This document shows positions 42,595 through 51,373 of a DNA stretch of 64,000 nucleotides, in pieces. The notes beneath the pieces are model-generated. The model made no database searches. It worked only from the letters and a program-made list of their open reading frames with translations, and was not told where the DNA came from. Location: NCBI GenBank assembly GCA_029557215.1, contig JAKPQQ010000222.1, positions 18,481-82,480 on the forward strand. The letters are read 5' to 3'. Each line of letters starts with the position of its first letter. The stretch's first letter is position 1. Both the position numbers and the translations under genes were made by a program. This DNA comes from Fibrobacterota bacterium (GTDB taxonomy: Bacteria; Fibrobacterota; Fibrobacteria; UBA5070).

Positions 42595-43083
42595 ATGGAC
42601 ATCGACATCGGAGAACTGCTCACCACCATGCGCGCGAAAGCCTGCGAAGCGTTCAGCAGCGTGCTCCAGATCGAGCTCGTTCCGGAAGAGCCGTGGAACA
42701 TCGTGAACCGAGTGGAGAACCCGTGCGATTTCGGCGCCACCGTGGGCTTCGCCAACGAGGCGTGGCAGGGGGCGTGCACCCTGGGCGTCTCCAGCGCCGA
42801 CGCCGCGATCCTCTTCCCCAACCTGGACGAGGACATGCTCTTCGACGCGCTCGGCGAGATCGGCAACACCGTCTGCGGACTTCTGTCCGCAGACCCGCAG
42901 TTCACCGCCCTGTACGGAATCCTGGAGCAGACCCCGCCGCTGTTTTCGCGAGGCGGCGCCTGGCTCGCGCGATCCACCGGAGTCCAGGGGAAGCTCGCCC
43001 TGGGCGAGGCGCGCGTCATCTTCGGATGCACCGTGCGCACCACCGGACCGCGCCGGAACATGGTGGGTTCGCAACCGCGCTGA
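42595..43083 (+). CDS. cheX: CheX-family chemotaxis phosphatase-like protein
   Basis: 162 aa from ATG M26 (SD ggagga); DIDIGELLTTMRAKACEAFSSVLQIEL..GATVGFANEAWQGACTL resembles CheC/CheX. Confidence 0.6.
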   Translation: MDIDIGELLTTMRAKACEAFSSVLQIELVPEEPWNIVNRVENPCDFGATVGFANEAWQGACTLGVSSADAAILFPNLDEDMLFDALGEIGNTVCGLLSADPQFTALYGILEQTPPLFSRGGAWLARSTGVQGKLALGEARVIFGCTVRTTGPRRNMVGSQPR

Positions 43084-43119
43084 ACACGCCGCCGCCGGAT
43101 CGGGATGCATCTTCTGGCG

Positions 43120-43785
43120 ATGCGGACCTGGTTCGACGCCCACTCCCACTCCCGACCACCCGACCAGGGGGACGTCGCGCTCGTGTGCGTGCCGCCTGCC
43201 GCGCTCGGATCGCTCGCCGACGACGGATTTCCCGTCTGCAGCGGAGTCCACCCCTGGCAAGCGGCCGCCCCCGACGCGCGGGAGGGCTTCGAACGCGTCG
43301 CGATCGCCGCCCGCGGACGCCGCATCGCCGCGATCGGAGAATGCGGCTTGGACAGATTCCGCCTGGACGCTCCGTTTCCCGTCCAGTCGGAGATGTTCCT
43401 GCGCCACGCCCGCCTGGCGGAAGAGACCGGGCTGCCCCTCGTGATCCATTCCGTCAGGACGGATTCCGACATCCTCGCCGCGCATTCGTCCGTCCGCCCC
43501 CGGGCGGCGTGGGTGCTGCACGGATTTTCCGCCCGGACCGGGAACGTCGACAGGCTCCTGGAGCGCGGCATCGCGGCGTCGTTCGGACCCCGCGAGCTCG
43601 CGCGGCCCCGGGCGTCCGGAATCCTGGGACGGATTCCGTCGGAACTGCTGCTGCTGGAGACCGACGATTCGGGGATCCCGATCCAGGAGGTGCACCGGAC
43701 CGCCGCGCGCCTCCTGGAGACCGACGTCGACACCCTCGCGCGAAGGGTCGCGGGGAACTGGACGCGGATCTTCGCTCCGGCCTGA
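43120..43785 (+). CDS. tatD: TatD-family metal-dependent hydrolase (DNase)
   Basis: FDAHSH N-terminal metal motif, IGECGLD, VIHSV..; start taken at M6 of ORF 43105..43785. Confidence 0.65.
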   Translation: MRTWFDAHSHSRPPDQGDVALVCVPPAALGSLADDGFPVCSGVHPWQAAAPDAREGFERVAIAARGRRIAAIGECGLDRFRLDAPFPVQSEMFLRHARLAEETGLPLVIHSVRTDSDILAAHSSVRPRAAWVLHGFSARTGNVDRLLERGIAASFGPRELARPRASGILGRIPSELLLLETDDSGIPIQEVHRTAARLLETDVDTLARRVAGNWTRIFAPA

Positions 43786-43818
43786 TCGCGCAAGCGGAGG
43801 CGAACGGAATTCGCCGGA

Positions 43819-44613
43819 TCAGATCCTGCCCGGGGACGGACAGCGGGAGCGGACAGGACAATTCCTGCACGAACCGAGTCGTTCCTGGCACGCGGGCCCC
43901 GAACGCCCTCGGGCGAGGACCGTCTCCAAAGGCATCCACGCCGAGGCCGGATCGTCCGGGGCGACTTCGGACAGGATCGCGTCGAACCACCCCTGGCGCG
44001 ACCCGAGCGTCCGCGATTCCCATCCGGCCGGAAGCAGCGAAAGCGTCTTCAATCCGCGCTCGACCGCCGCCACCGGCAGCGTCAATTCCCGACGCGCATC
44101 GCGACCCCACGCCGCGGCGCCGCACTCCCCCCGCGCCATCCACCTAGCCAGCCGCCACCCCTTGATCCGGGAAGGCGACCGGCTTCCCATCCAGGGAAGC
44201 TCGCGCGCCATCCGGCCGACGAATTCCCCGGGGGCGGAAAAGTTCGACTCCCACGCATCCGCCGCGCCGTGCGCGCGCAGGAAGTCGGAGACCGCCAGCA
44301 CCCAGCCGGCGAGCGAATCCTTGTGGGGCCATTCGGCCAACCAGGCGAACCGGCAGGCCCGCTCCAACCGCGCCCAATCCGAGACATCCACCGACAGTAG
44401 GTGTTCGCCCAGCCGCGCATGGAGCTCCCTCACCAGCCTGGCCAGGACGCCGATGCCGATGTCCTGCCCCAGCACCGTTGCCAGCAGCGCTCCCGTCGAC
44501 CGGTCGGATTCCGGCAGCGCGGACAGCACGCCGATCCGCGGATCGCGGGCCTCGGCGAACGCCGCGACCAGGTCGCGCAGCGAATCGACGACGGGTCCCC
44601 CGACGGCATTCAC
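43819..44613 (-). CDS. Hypothetical protein with C-terminal Cys cluster (CxxC-x4-C)
   Basis: 264 aa; GTG start overlapping the psd stop (GTGA); no recognisable motifs beyond C-terminal GSCRNCPVRSRCP. Confidence 0.4.
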   Translation of the reverse strand: MNAVGGPVVDSLRDLVAAFAEARDPRIGVLSALPESDRSTGALLATVLGQDIGIGVLARLVRELHARLGEHLLSVDVSDWARLERACRFAWLAEWPHKDSLAGWVLAVSDFLRAHGAADAWESNFSAPGEFVGRMARELPWMGSRSPSRIKGWRLARWMARGECGAAAWGRDARRELTLPVAAVERGLKTLSLLPAGWESRTLGSRQGWFDAILSEVAPDDPASAWMPLETVLARGRSGPACQERLGSCRNCPVRSRCPSPGRI

Positions 44614-45443
44614 GCCCTGAAGGAAATGGCCTCGCCCATGCGGACCGACCGTCCCGGTTCCGGGAAGGCGTCGCCGGCGCAGGCCGCGCGCAGGTCCTTG
44701 TCCAGCAGAAGCACCACGGTGGACCCCAGCTCGAACACGCCCAGTTGGTCGGCCTTCGCCACGGCCAGGCTCCCGCCTTGGGGAATCCATGTTCCGGTGG
44801 TTCCGTGCCCGAGATCCTTGTCGGCGGCCAGGCGGATGCTCCCGACATTGTAGGCGCCCACCATCACGGCCACGGCCGTGCCATGGGGGGTGCGGACGGA
44901 AACCGACGAACGTTCGTTCTTGGCGAAGACGCCGGGGATGCCTTCCACCGCGCCCTTGTTGACCGGCCAGAGGTCGCCCGGAACGTGCCTGGCCTGGACG
45001 ATTTCGCCGCCGATCGCGTGGTGCACGCGATGGTAGTTCCAGGGCGCGAGGTAGATCGTGCAGAAGGCTCCGCCTTCCAGCGAGGCGGCGAGTTCGCGGT
45101 CCTGCAGGAAATCCGCCACCGAGTAGGGGATCCCTTTGGCCTGGAGGATGGTCCCTTGGCGGATTTCGCCCGATTGTCCGAAGACGCCGTCGCACGGCGA
45201 GACGAGGAGAGAATCCGCCACGGTCCGCGCGTCGATGCGGATCTCGCGCGTGAAGAAGTCCTGGAGGCTTTCGTAGTCGGATCGTCGCGTCCGTTTCGCT
45301 TCGGCGAGATCGATGCGCGGGAATCCGGCGTGGAAGAGCCGGATGGACGCCCTGGCGAGCAGGCGAGGCTTGCGGACGCGCGAGACGCGACCGAACAAAC
45401 GGGACAGGAATACGCGTGGCAGAAGTTTGAGTAGAATGATCAC
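44610..45443 (-). CDS. psd: Phosphatidylserine decarboxylase proenzyme
   Basis: Self-cleavage motif region FELGSTVV, YLAPWNYHRVH; N-terminus placed at GTG (V51 of ORF 44610..45593) because the upstream part overlaps ybeY on the other strand. Confidence 0.75.
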   Translation of the reverse strand: MIILLKLLPRVFLSRLFGRVSRVRKPRLLARASIRLFHAGFPRIDLAEAKRTRRSDYESLQDFFTREIRIDARTVADSLLVSPCDGVFGQSGEIRQGTILQAKGIPYSVADFLQDRELAASLEGGAFCTIYLAPWNYHRVHHAIGGEIVQARHVPGDLWPVNKGAVEGIPGVFAKNERSSVSVRTPHGTAVAVMVGAYNVGSIRLAADKDLGHGTTGTWIPQGGSLAVAKADQLGVFELGSTVVLLLDKDLRAACAGDAFPEPGRSVRMGEAISFRA

Positions 45444-45474
45444 GGCTGAACTTGAACGTAGTTTTCCAGCGAAG

Positions 45475-45891
45475 ATGAGCCTACGCGTCACATTCCATGG
45501 CAACCGCGCCTGGAAGATCGGGAACCTTCCCGACCTTCGCAAGGCCGCCCTCTCCGTCCTGCGCGCCGAAGGCGCGACGGGTCCCGTCGACATCGTCTTC
45601 CAGTCCCCCGCCGAGCAGCGCGCGCTGAACCTCCAGTGGAGGGGCCTGGACCGGACGACCGACGTCCTTTCGTTCGAGTACCACGAGCCCGACCTGTTCG
45701 GCGAGCTCTACATCGACCCCGTGCTGGCGGCGGAACAAGCCGTCCGCTACAAGCACGACCTCCACGCCGAGCTGCGCCGCCTGGTGGTGCACGGCTGCCT
45801 GCACCTTTGCGGGCACGACCACCACACCTCTTCGGAGCGGGTCCGAATGCGGGCGCTGGAACGCAAATACGATCCCGGGGCCGGCTCGTGA
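45475..45891 (+). CDS. ybeY: rRNA maturation endoribonuclease YbeY
   Basis: 138 aa; zinc motif HGCLHLCGHDH; TDVLSFEY. Confidence 0.8.
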   Translation: MSLRVTFHGNRAWKIGNLPDLRKAALSVLRAEGATGPVDIVFQSPAEQRALNLQWRGLDRTTDVLSFEYHEPDLFGELYIDPVLAAEQAVRYKHDLHAELRRLVVHGCLHLCGHDHHTSSERVRMRALERKYDPGAGS

Positions 45892-47207
45892 TCGGACCGC
45901 TCGCCGTTTCGCTCCTGGGGCTCCTGTTCTCCGCGCATTTTTCCACCGTGCGCACGATCCTGGGCCTGCTCAAACGCCCCGGTTACATCCCTCCCGAAGG
46001 ATGGCACGGCCTGGCTCGCCGTACCCGCAAGCGCCTGGAAGACCCGTCGTTCCCCGTCACCGTCAGCCTGGGACGCTCGCTGGGAACCCTCATGTTCGTG
46101 CTGGGTGGATGGAACGCGTTGTTCCAGGAAGCCCCTCCCGGCCTTCCGGTCGCCGCGGCGACCGGCCTGGCCCTCCTGCTTTGCCTGTACCTGCTGGGCG
46201 ACTTCTTCCCGCGCCTGGCCGCCCGGCTGCGCGCCGAGCGCCTCCTGCCGTCGTCGTTGCGGCTGCAGGAAATCGTCAATCCCGTGTTCCTCCCGTTCGC
46301 CATGCCCATCGTCCGGATGCGCAAGTTCCTGGAAGGTTGGCTCGGATGGGATGGACGATTCGAATTCCTGAACGAAGAAGAACGCGCCAAGGTCGCCGAA
46401 GCCCGCGAAGAGCACCAGACCGACCATGCCGACGTCGAACGGCAGATCATCCGGGCCGCGCTCGACCTCGGCGAAACCCGGGTGCGCGAAATCCTGACCC
46501 CTCGCCTGCAGGTGGCCGGGTTCCCGGTGGATTCGAACCTCGCGTCCGTCACCCAGCTCCTGCACAGTTCCAAGTACTCCCGGTTCCCCGTCTACGAAAA
46601 CGATCTCGACCACATGGTGGGCATCCTGCACGCCAAGGATCTGGTGGGCGTCTCCGAAGCGGACTGGGATCTCCGCAGACTCCTGCGCCCGGTGGCGTTC
46701 GTCCCCGAATCCCAGCTGGTGTCCGATCTCCTGCGCACCCTGCGATCCAAGCAGACCCACCTCGCGGTGGTCGTCGACGAACACGGCGCGATGTCGGGAA
46801 TCGTCACCATGGAAGACGCTCTGGAAGAGATCGTGGGCGAGATCCGCGACGAGACCGACGAAGAGGAACCGCTTCTCAAGCCCGTCGGCGGCGGGGAATA
46901 CCTGGCGGCGGGCCACGCCCGCCTGGACCAGATCCAATCCGCGCTGAGCCGCACCCAGCCCCCGCTTCCGCCTCCACCCGACGGCGTGGAAGTCGACACC
47001 CTCGCGGGTCTGTACCTCGCCTTGGCCGGGTGCTTCCCGGAAGTCGGCGCCTCGCTGGTCGCGGGCTCCTGGGAATTGACCGCGCTCGAGCTCGACGGAA
47101 ACCGGATCAGCCGGTTGCGCCTCCTGCATCTGCCGGAAACCGTCTCCGGTTCGCAGCCCGAATCCGCCGCCGAACCGGTTCCGGAGCCGCAACCGCCGAC
47201 GGCGTGA
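45888..47207 (+). CDS. corC: CorC/TlyC-family transporter-associated protein (DUF21-CBS-CorC_HlyC)
   Basis: 439 aa; GTG start overlapping the ybeY stop (GTGA); TM N-terminus, CBS pair (VREILTPR.., MVGILHAKDL), C-terminal transporter-associated domain. Confidence 0.78.
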   Translation: MIGPLAVSLLGLLFSAHFSTVRTILGLLKRPGYIPPEGWHGLARRTRKRLEDPSFPVTVSLGRSLGTLMFVLGGWNALFQEAPPGLPVAAATGLALLLCLYLLGDFFPRLAARLRAERLLPSSLRLQEIVNPVFLPFAMPIVRMRKFLEGWLGWDGRFEFLNEEERAKVAEAREEHQTDHADVERQIIRAALDLGETRVREILTPRLQVAGFPVDSNLASVTQLLHSSKYSRFPVYENDLDHMVGILHAKDLVGVSEADWDLRRLLRPVAFVPESQLVSDLLRTLRSKQTHLAVVVDEHGAMSGIVTMEDALEEIVGEIRDETDEEEPLLKPVGGGEYLAAGHARLDQIQSALSRTQPPLPPPPDGVEVDTLAGLYLALAGCFPEVGASLVAGSWELTALELDGNRISRLRLLHLPETVSGSQPESAAEPVPEPQPPTA

Positions 47208-47210
47208 AGT

Positions 47211-49643
47211 TCAGGCGCCCAGTTCGCGCTTGACGCTTTCCGACGAAGGGAACCCGCCCTGGGCGAGTTCTTCGGGACGCCCGGCGAACAACACCCGGCC
47301 GCCTTCGCGCCCCGGCCCGGGCCCGAGCTCCACCACGTGGTCGCAACGCGAGGCGAGAACCGGATCGTGGGTGATGGCCACAACGGTGTCGCCGGAGGCC
47401 AACAGGTCGTCGAACACCGACCCCAGCTTCAGCGTGTCCAGAGGGTGGAGCCCTCGCGAAGGCTCGTCCAGGATCCAGAGTGTGCGCTTGCGCGAGCCCG
47501 CTCCGCCGACCGCCGACGCCAAGCGCAGGCGCAAGGCTTCGCCGCCCGAAAGCGAATCCGATCTCCGGCCCGGCGACAGATGCCCCAGTCCCGCCGCGCA
47601 AAGGCGCCCCAGCAATCCCCCCAGCTTGGCGTGGTTCGCGAACAATCCGCGCGCGGCTTCCAGGTCCAGGTCCAGCACATCGGCGATGGACAAGCCCTTC
47701 CAGCGCACGGACAGCGTCTGGGCGTCGAACCGGGCTCCGTTGCAGCGCGAACACGGCGTCCAGGCGTCGGGCAGCAGGTGCAACACCACCTTCTCCTCGC
47801 CGATGCCTCCGCAGGTCTCGCAACGCCCGCCCTTGGCGTTGGGGGAAAACCGCGAGGCGGTCCAGCCGCGCACCTTGGAATCGGGCAGGGCGGCGTAGAG
47901 CGTGCGCAAGTCGTCGAGCATGCCGGACAGCGTCGCCACGGTCGATCGCGGCGAGCGGACCCATTCCCCGCCCGGCTCGACCACCGCCACGTCGTGCAGT
48001 TCGCCTTCCACCGAAATCGAGGCGAACGGAAGGGGGTCGCCGCTCCCCGACAATTTCCGCTTCAAGGCCGGGGCCAAGGTGTCCAGCACCAGGGAACTCT
48101 TGCCCGCGCCGGAAACGCCCGTCACCGTCGTGAAGCACCCCAGCGGGATCTCCACGTCGGCCTCGCGCAGATTCCGTCCACATGCGCCCCGCAGGACCAC
48201 GCGCCCCTTCGCGGCCAGGCGAGGCCGCGCGGGCGGGCGGGCGGCACCCGAAAGCCACTTCCCCGACGGCGTGGGGGCCGCGGCCATCGCCGACGGCGAT
48301 CCCGCGTAGAGGATCCTTCCACCCGCGCGTCCGGGCCCCGGACCGGTCTCGATCACCGCGTCGCTTCGATCCAACGACCTCAGGTCGTGCTCCACCACCA
48401 CCAGGGTGGCGCCCTGGTCGCGCAGGCGGGAGAGCAGGGCGTGGACGGGCGGCAGATCGCGGGGATGCAATCCCGTGGTCGGCTCGTCCAGCACGTAGGC
48501 CAGCCCCGAAAGCGGTGCACCCACCAGCGCACCCAGACGGGCGCGACGTTCTTCCCCCTGCGACAACGACTCGGCCGGGCGTCCCAGCGGCAGGTAACCC
48601 AGCCCGAGGTCGTCGAGGACTTCGGCCCGCCGACGGATCTCGTCGACCAGTTCGGCGCAAGGCCCCTGCGCGAGCGACTCCCACTCCGAACCCTCCAGCG
48701 TCGCGCGGACTTCCGCCACATCGCGCCCCGAAAGATCGACAAGCGAAACCCCGCCGATCCGGAACCATCCGGCTTCTTCGCGCAGACCGGATCCCGCGCA
48801 GGCGGAGCACGGCACCGCGCCATCCGCCCCGGCGCCCTTGCAGACAGGGCAATGCCCCTGGACGCTGCGGCGCGAGAACAGGGACGGCGTGGGGCGCGGG
48901 GCGGTTCGGCCCGTGGCCAGGCAGCGCGGAACCCCCGAGACGGAAATCGTCTTTTCCGATCCGGGCTCCCCGATCTCCAGCGAACAAAGATCGCCACCCA
49001 ACCGGTAGGCGGTCAGGACCGCCTCGGCCAAGCGCACGGCATGGCGTTCCTGGGCTCGCAACCGATCGACCACGATCCGCAGGCCGTCCAGCGGCGCATC
49101 GGGATCCAGCCGTTCCAGCTCCAGCGATTCGCGCCCGAGGGCGCCACGCACGAACCCTCTGCGCACCCACGGCCCGGGACAGGTTTCGTCGGGCCGGAAC
49201 AGGATCCGGACCTTCTCGTCCGGCGCCTCGCGAAGAACCTTCTCGGCCACTTCCGGCGCCGACAACCCTTCCATCCGCTCTCCGGTGGCCGGAGAAACCG
49301 GCACGGAAGCGGCTGCCCACAGCGCGACCAGCGGCTCGTGCAGCCCCGCCAGGCTCGACAGCGTCGCCCACGGCCCGGACTCCGACGTTTCCTGTCGCAA
49401 GGCCGCGGTGGGAACCAGCCCCGTGGCGGCGTCCATGGGGGGGCGCGCCATGGCGTCGGACAGGCTCCGCCTCCACGCGGGCAGGGTGGAAAGCCATCTG
49501 CGCTCGGCCTCGGCGTGGAGCGTGTGGAACACGAGACTCGTCTTCCCGGATCCCGAAACCCCGCAGACGGAGGTCCACTTCCCGATCCCGAACTCGGCGT
49601 CGACGGATGCCAGGTTGTGGGTCCGGACGCCGCGCAGCCTCAT
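47211..49643 (-). CDS. UvrA2-like (class II UvrA paralog) ABC ATPase lacking the canonical UvrB-binding region
   Basis: 810 aa from ATG M170 of ORF 47211..50150 (the N-terminal 169 codons overlap the upstream RR gene in another frame); VRTHNLASVD..GVSGSGKTSL, two ABC signatures (LSQGEERRARL, LSGGEALRLRL), zinc fingers CPVCKGAG..CSACAGSG and CETCGGIG..CSRCNGARF; N-terminal module strongly diverged. Confidence 0.8.
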   Translation of the reverse strand: MRLRGVRTHNLASVDAEFGIGKWTSVCGVSGSGKTSLVFHTLHAEAERRWLSTLPAWRRSLSDAMARPPMDAATGLVPTAALRQETSESGPWATLSSLAGLHEPLVALWAAASVPVSPATGERMEGLSAPEVAEKVLREAPDEKVRILFRPDETCPGPWVRRGFVRGALGRESLELERLDPDAPLDGLRIVVDRLRAQERHAVRLAEAVLTAYRLGGDLCSLEIGEPGSEKTISVSGVPRCLATGRTAPRPTPSLFSRRSVQGHCPVCKGAGADGAVPCSACAGSGLREEAGWFRIGGVSLVDLSGRDVAEVRATLEGSEWESLAQGPCAELVDEIRRRAEVLDDLGLGYLPLGRPAESLSQGEERRARLGALVGAPLSGLAYVLDEPTTGLHPRDLPPVHALLSRLRDQGATLVVVEHDLRSLDRSDAVIETGPGPGRAGGRILYAGSPSAMAAAPTPSGKWLSGAARPPARPRLAAKGRVVLRGACGRNLREADVEIPLGCFTTVTGVSGAGKSSLVLDTLAPALKRKLSGSGDPLPFASISVEGELHDVAVVEPGGEWVRSPRSTVATLSGMLDDLRTLYAALPDSKVRGWTASRFSPNAKGGRCETCGGIGEEKVVLHLLPDAWTPCSRCNGARFDAQTLSVRWKGLSIADVLDLDLEAARGLFANHAKLGGLLGRLCAAGLGHLSPGRRSDSLSGGEALRLRLASAVGGAGSRKRTLWILDEPSRGLHPLDTLKLGSVFDDLLASGDTVVAITHDPVLASRCDHVVELGPGPGREGGRVLFAGRPEELAQGGFPSSESVKRELGA

Positions 49644-49648
49644 TGGAA

Positions 49649-50023
49649 TCAGTTCTTGGCGTCCAGGAGCTTGCGGACCCGGCGGACGAGATCGGGGCGA
49701 TCGAACGGCTTGGTGATGTAGTCGGCCGCGCCCATCACGTGCAGCCCCACCATCAGGTCGATCGGCTTGTTCCTGCTGGTCAGGAACACGAACGGCACCG
49801 CGGCCAGATCCGGGAGCTCGCGCAGGGCGCGGAACACCTGGTGGCCGTCCATCCCCGGCATGACGAGATCCGTCAACACCAGCTCGGGCGCGAACTCCTT
49901 GGCGACCTCCACGGCCATTTCCGGAGCCAGTTCCACCCTGACCTCGTGTCCATCGGACTCGAGGACCAGGCGGATCACGTTGGCCATGTCCTCTTCGTCG
50001 TCCACAACCAGGATGCGAGCCAC
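49649..50023 (-). CDS. CheY-like single-domain response regulator
   Basis: 124 aa; GTG start with SD gggagg 5 nt upstream; ILVVDDEEDM..LVLTDLVMPGMDG..DYITKPF; stop lies 3 nt before the UvrA2-like ATG. Confidence 0.8.
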   Translation of the reverse strand: MARILVVDDEEDMANVIRLVLESDGHEVRVELAPEMAVEVAKEFAPELVLTDLVMPGMDGHQVFRALRELPDLAAVPFVFLTSRNKPIDLMVGLHVMGAADYITKPFDRPDLVRRVRKLLDAKN

Positions 50024-50334
50024 TAGTGCCTCCCCGTCGAAGGTTTCTGCCGAAGTTCGTCCACCAGCCAGCCCCAGCTGTGCCTCGCGGCGTACCAGCC
50101 CAGGGCTCCGGCGCAGAGGTCGGCCACCGGGCCGATCCATGCGGGCACACCGGCCAGCACCGACAGGATCCGGCACAAACCGCCGATCGCCAGCAGCGCG
50201 GCGGCGACCGGATACAGCACCACCGGACCGACGTCGTCGCGCATCGCGCGCCCCAGACGCACCGACAACCGCCAGATCACCAGCAGCAGCGCGGCCAGCG
50301 CCAAATGCCAAAGAAACGCTCCGTACGGGATCAT
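50023..50334 (-). CDS. Small hydrophobic membrane protein (3 predicted TM)
   Basis: 103 aa; MIPYGAFLWHLALAALLLVIW...; start ATGA-overlaps the upstream gene stop, stop overlaps the RR start. Confidence 0.45.
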   Translation of the reverse strand: MIPYGAFLWHLALAALLLVIWRLSVRLGRAMRDDVGPVVLYPVAAALLAIGGLCRILSVLAGVPAWIGPVADLCAGALGWYAARHSWGWLVDELRQKPSTGRH

Positions 50335-50606
50335 CGTTCGGGTCCCATCATGACGAACCACAACCAGAAGACGCCCACGGACAGGACGACGGCCCCGCCC
50401 AGTCCGACGAGATCGGCCACGAGCGAAGGAACACCCGGCAGATGCGCCAGGATCTGTCCGGCCAGGCCCAGCCCGGCGCCCACGGCCAGAAGCCATCCGC
50501 GCGTGCTTTCCCCGAACTTGCGCCGGTAGAACACGCCGATCGCCACTCCCACCAGGGCGAGCGACGAGAGCACGGCTGCCGCCAGGATGGAAATCGCGGC
50601 GATCAT
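50331..50606 (-). CDS. Small hydrophobic membrane protein (3 predicted TM)
   Basis: 91 aa; MIAAISILAAAVLSSLALVGVAIGVF...; ATGA overlap with the KaiC-like gene stop. Confidence 0.45.
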   Translation of the reverse strand: MIAAISILAAAVLSSLALVGVAIGVFYRRKFGESTRGWLLAVGAGLGLAGQILAHLPGVPSLVADLVGLGGAVVLSVGVFWLWFVMMGPER

Positions 50607-51373
50607 CGTTTGCGTCCGAACGCCTCCACGAACGCCTGCGCCCGGTTCTTGCGGGGCGCGCCGCCCAGGATCCCCTCCTGGCCGTCGAACTTCTCTTCGA
50701 TCACGATCCCGCCGTCGGCGATGCGGTAGCGGCGGATGTCGGTGGCGTGCTTGGAACCCCGCATCTTCAGGACCAGCATGGCCTTGGAGACGGCGCTTTC
50801 CAGTTCCACGTAGCGCAGCACGATGAACGAATCGACCACGAAGGGCGATCGGCTGATCGAATTGGTGTCGCCCAGGAGGTTGCCGTTCTCGCGCAGGAAG
50901 ACGGCGGTGCAACCTTCGCGTTTGAACGCGGAAACGAGCCTGAACTCCATGTCGCGCAGCTGGAAGCTGTCGTCGGTGAGGAACTCGAAATGGCTCAGGC
51001 TGTCCACCACCACGCGCTTGATGCAGAATTCCTCGATCTCGCGCTCCAGATCGCCGTCGATCTCCTCCAGCGACTGGAGAAGTTCCATGGGGGTGGTGAA
51101 CCGGATGCGAAGCCGTCCTTCGGCCTCGTACTTGCGAAGATCCCACCCCATGCGCGCGGCGTCGTTGTAGAGCTGCGCGGGGAATTCCTCGAAGGTCACG
51201 TAGAGTCCGGCCTCGCCCCGCTCCTCGATGCCCTTGATCAGGAACTGGAGGCCAAGCGTGGTTTTCCCGGTTCCCGGCGCACCTTCGACGAGGTTCGCCG
51301 AACGCTCGACGAATCCACCGCCGGTCATGCGGTCCAGTCCTTCGATTCCCGTGGCGATCCTGGTCAAGGGCAT
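50603..51373 (-). CDS. KaiC/RadA-like RecA-superfamily ATPase (single KaiC-type domain)
   Basis: 256 aa; SD gggagg 6 nt upstream; IATGIEGLDRMTGGGFVERSANLVEGAPGTGKTTLGLQF (Walker A), Walker B VVVDSL; similar to KaiC N-domain / Rad55-like proteins. Confidence 0.75.
   Translation of the reverse strand: MPLTRIATGIEGLDRMTGGGFVERSANLVEGAPGTGKTTLGLQFLIKGIEERGEAGLYVTFEEFPAQLYNDAARMGWDLRKYEAEGRLRIRFTTPMELLQSLEEIDGDLEREIEEFCIKRVVVDSLSHFEFLTDDSFQLRDMEFRLVSAFKREGCTAVFLRENGNLLGDTNSISRSPFVVDSFIVLRYVELESAVSKAMLVLKMRGSKHATDIRRYRIADGGIVIEEKFDGQEGILGGAPRKNRAQAFVEAFGRKR

Noticed and set aside
47337-49721. 794-aa plus-strand ORF antisense to the UvrA2-like gene
   Set aside because: Antisense frame of a gene with clear ABC and zinc-finger motifs. 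Arg/Gly-rich nonsense translation.
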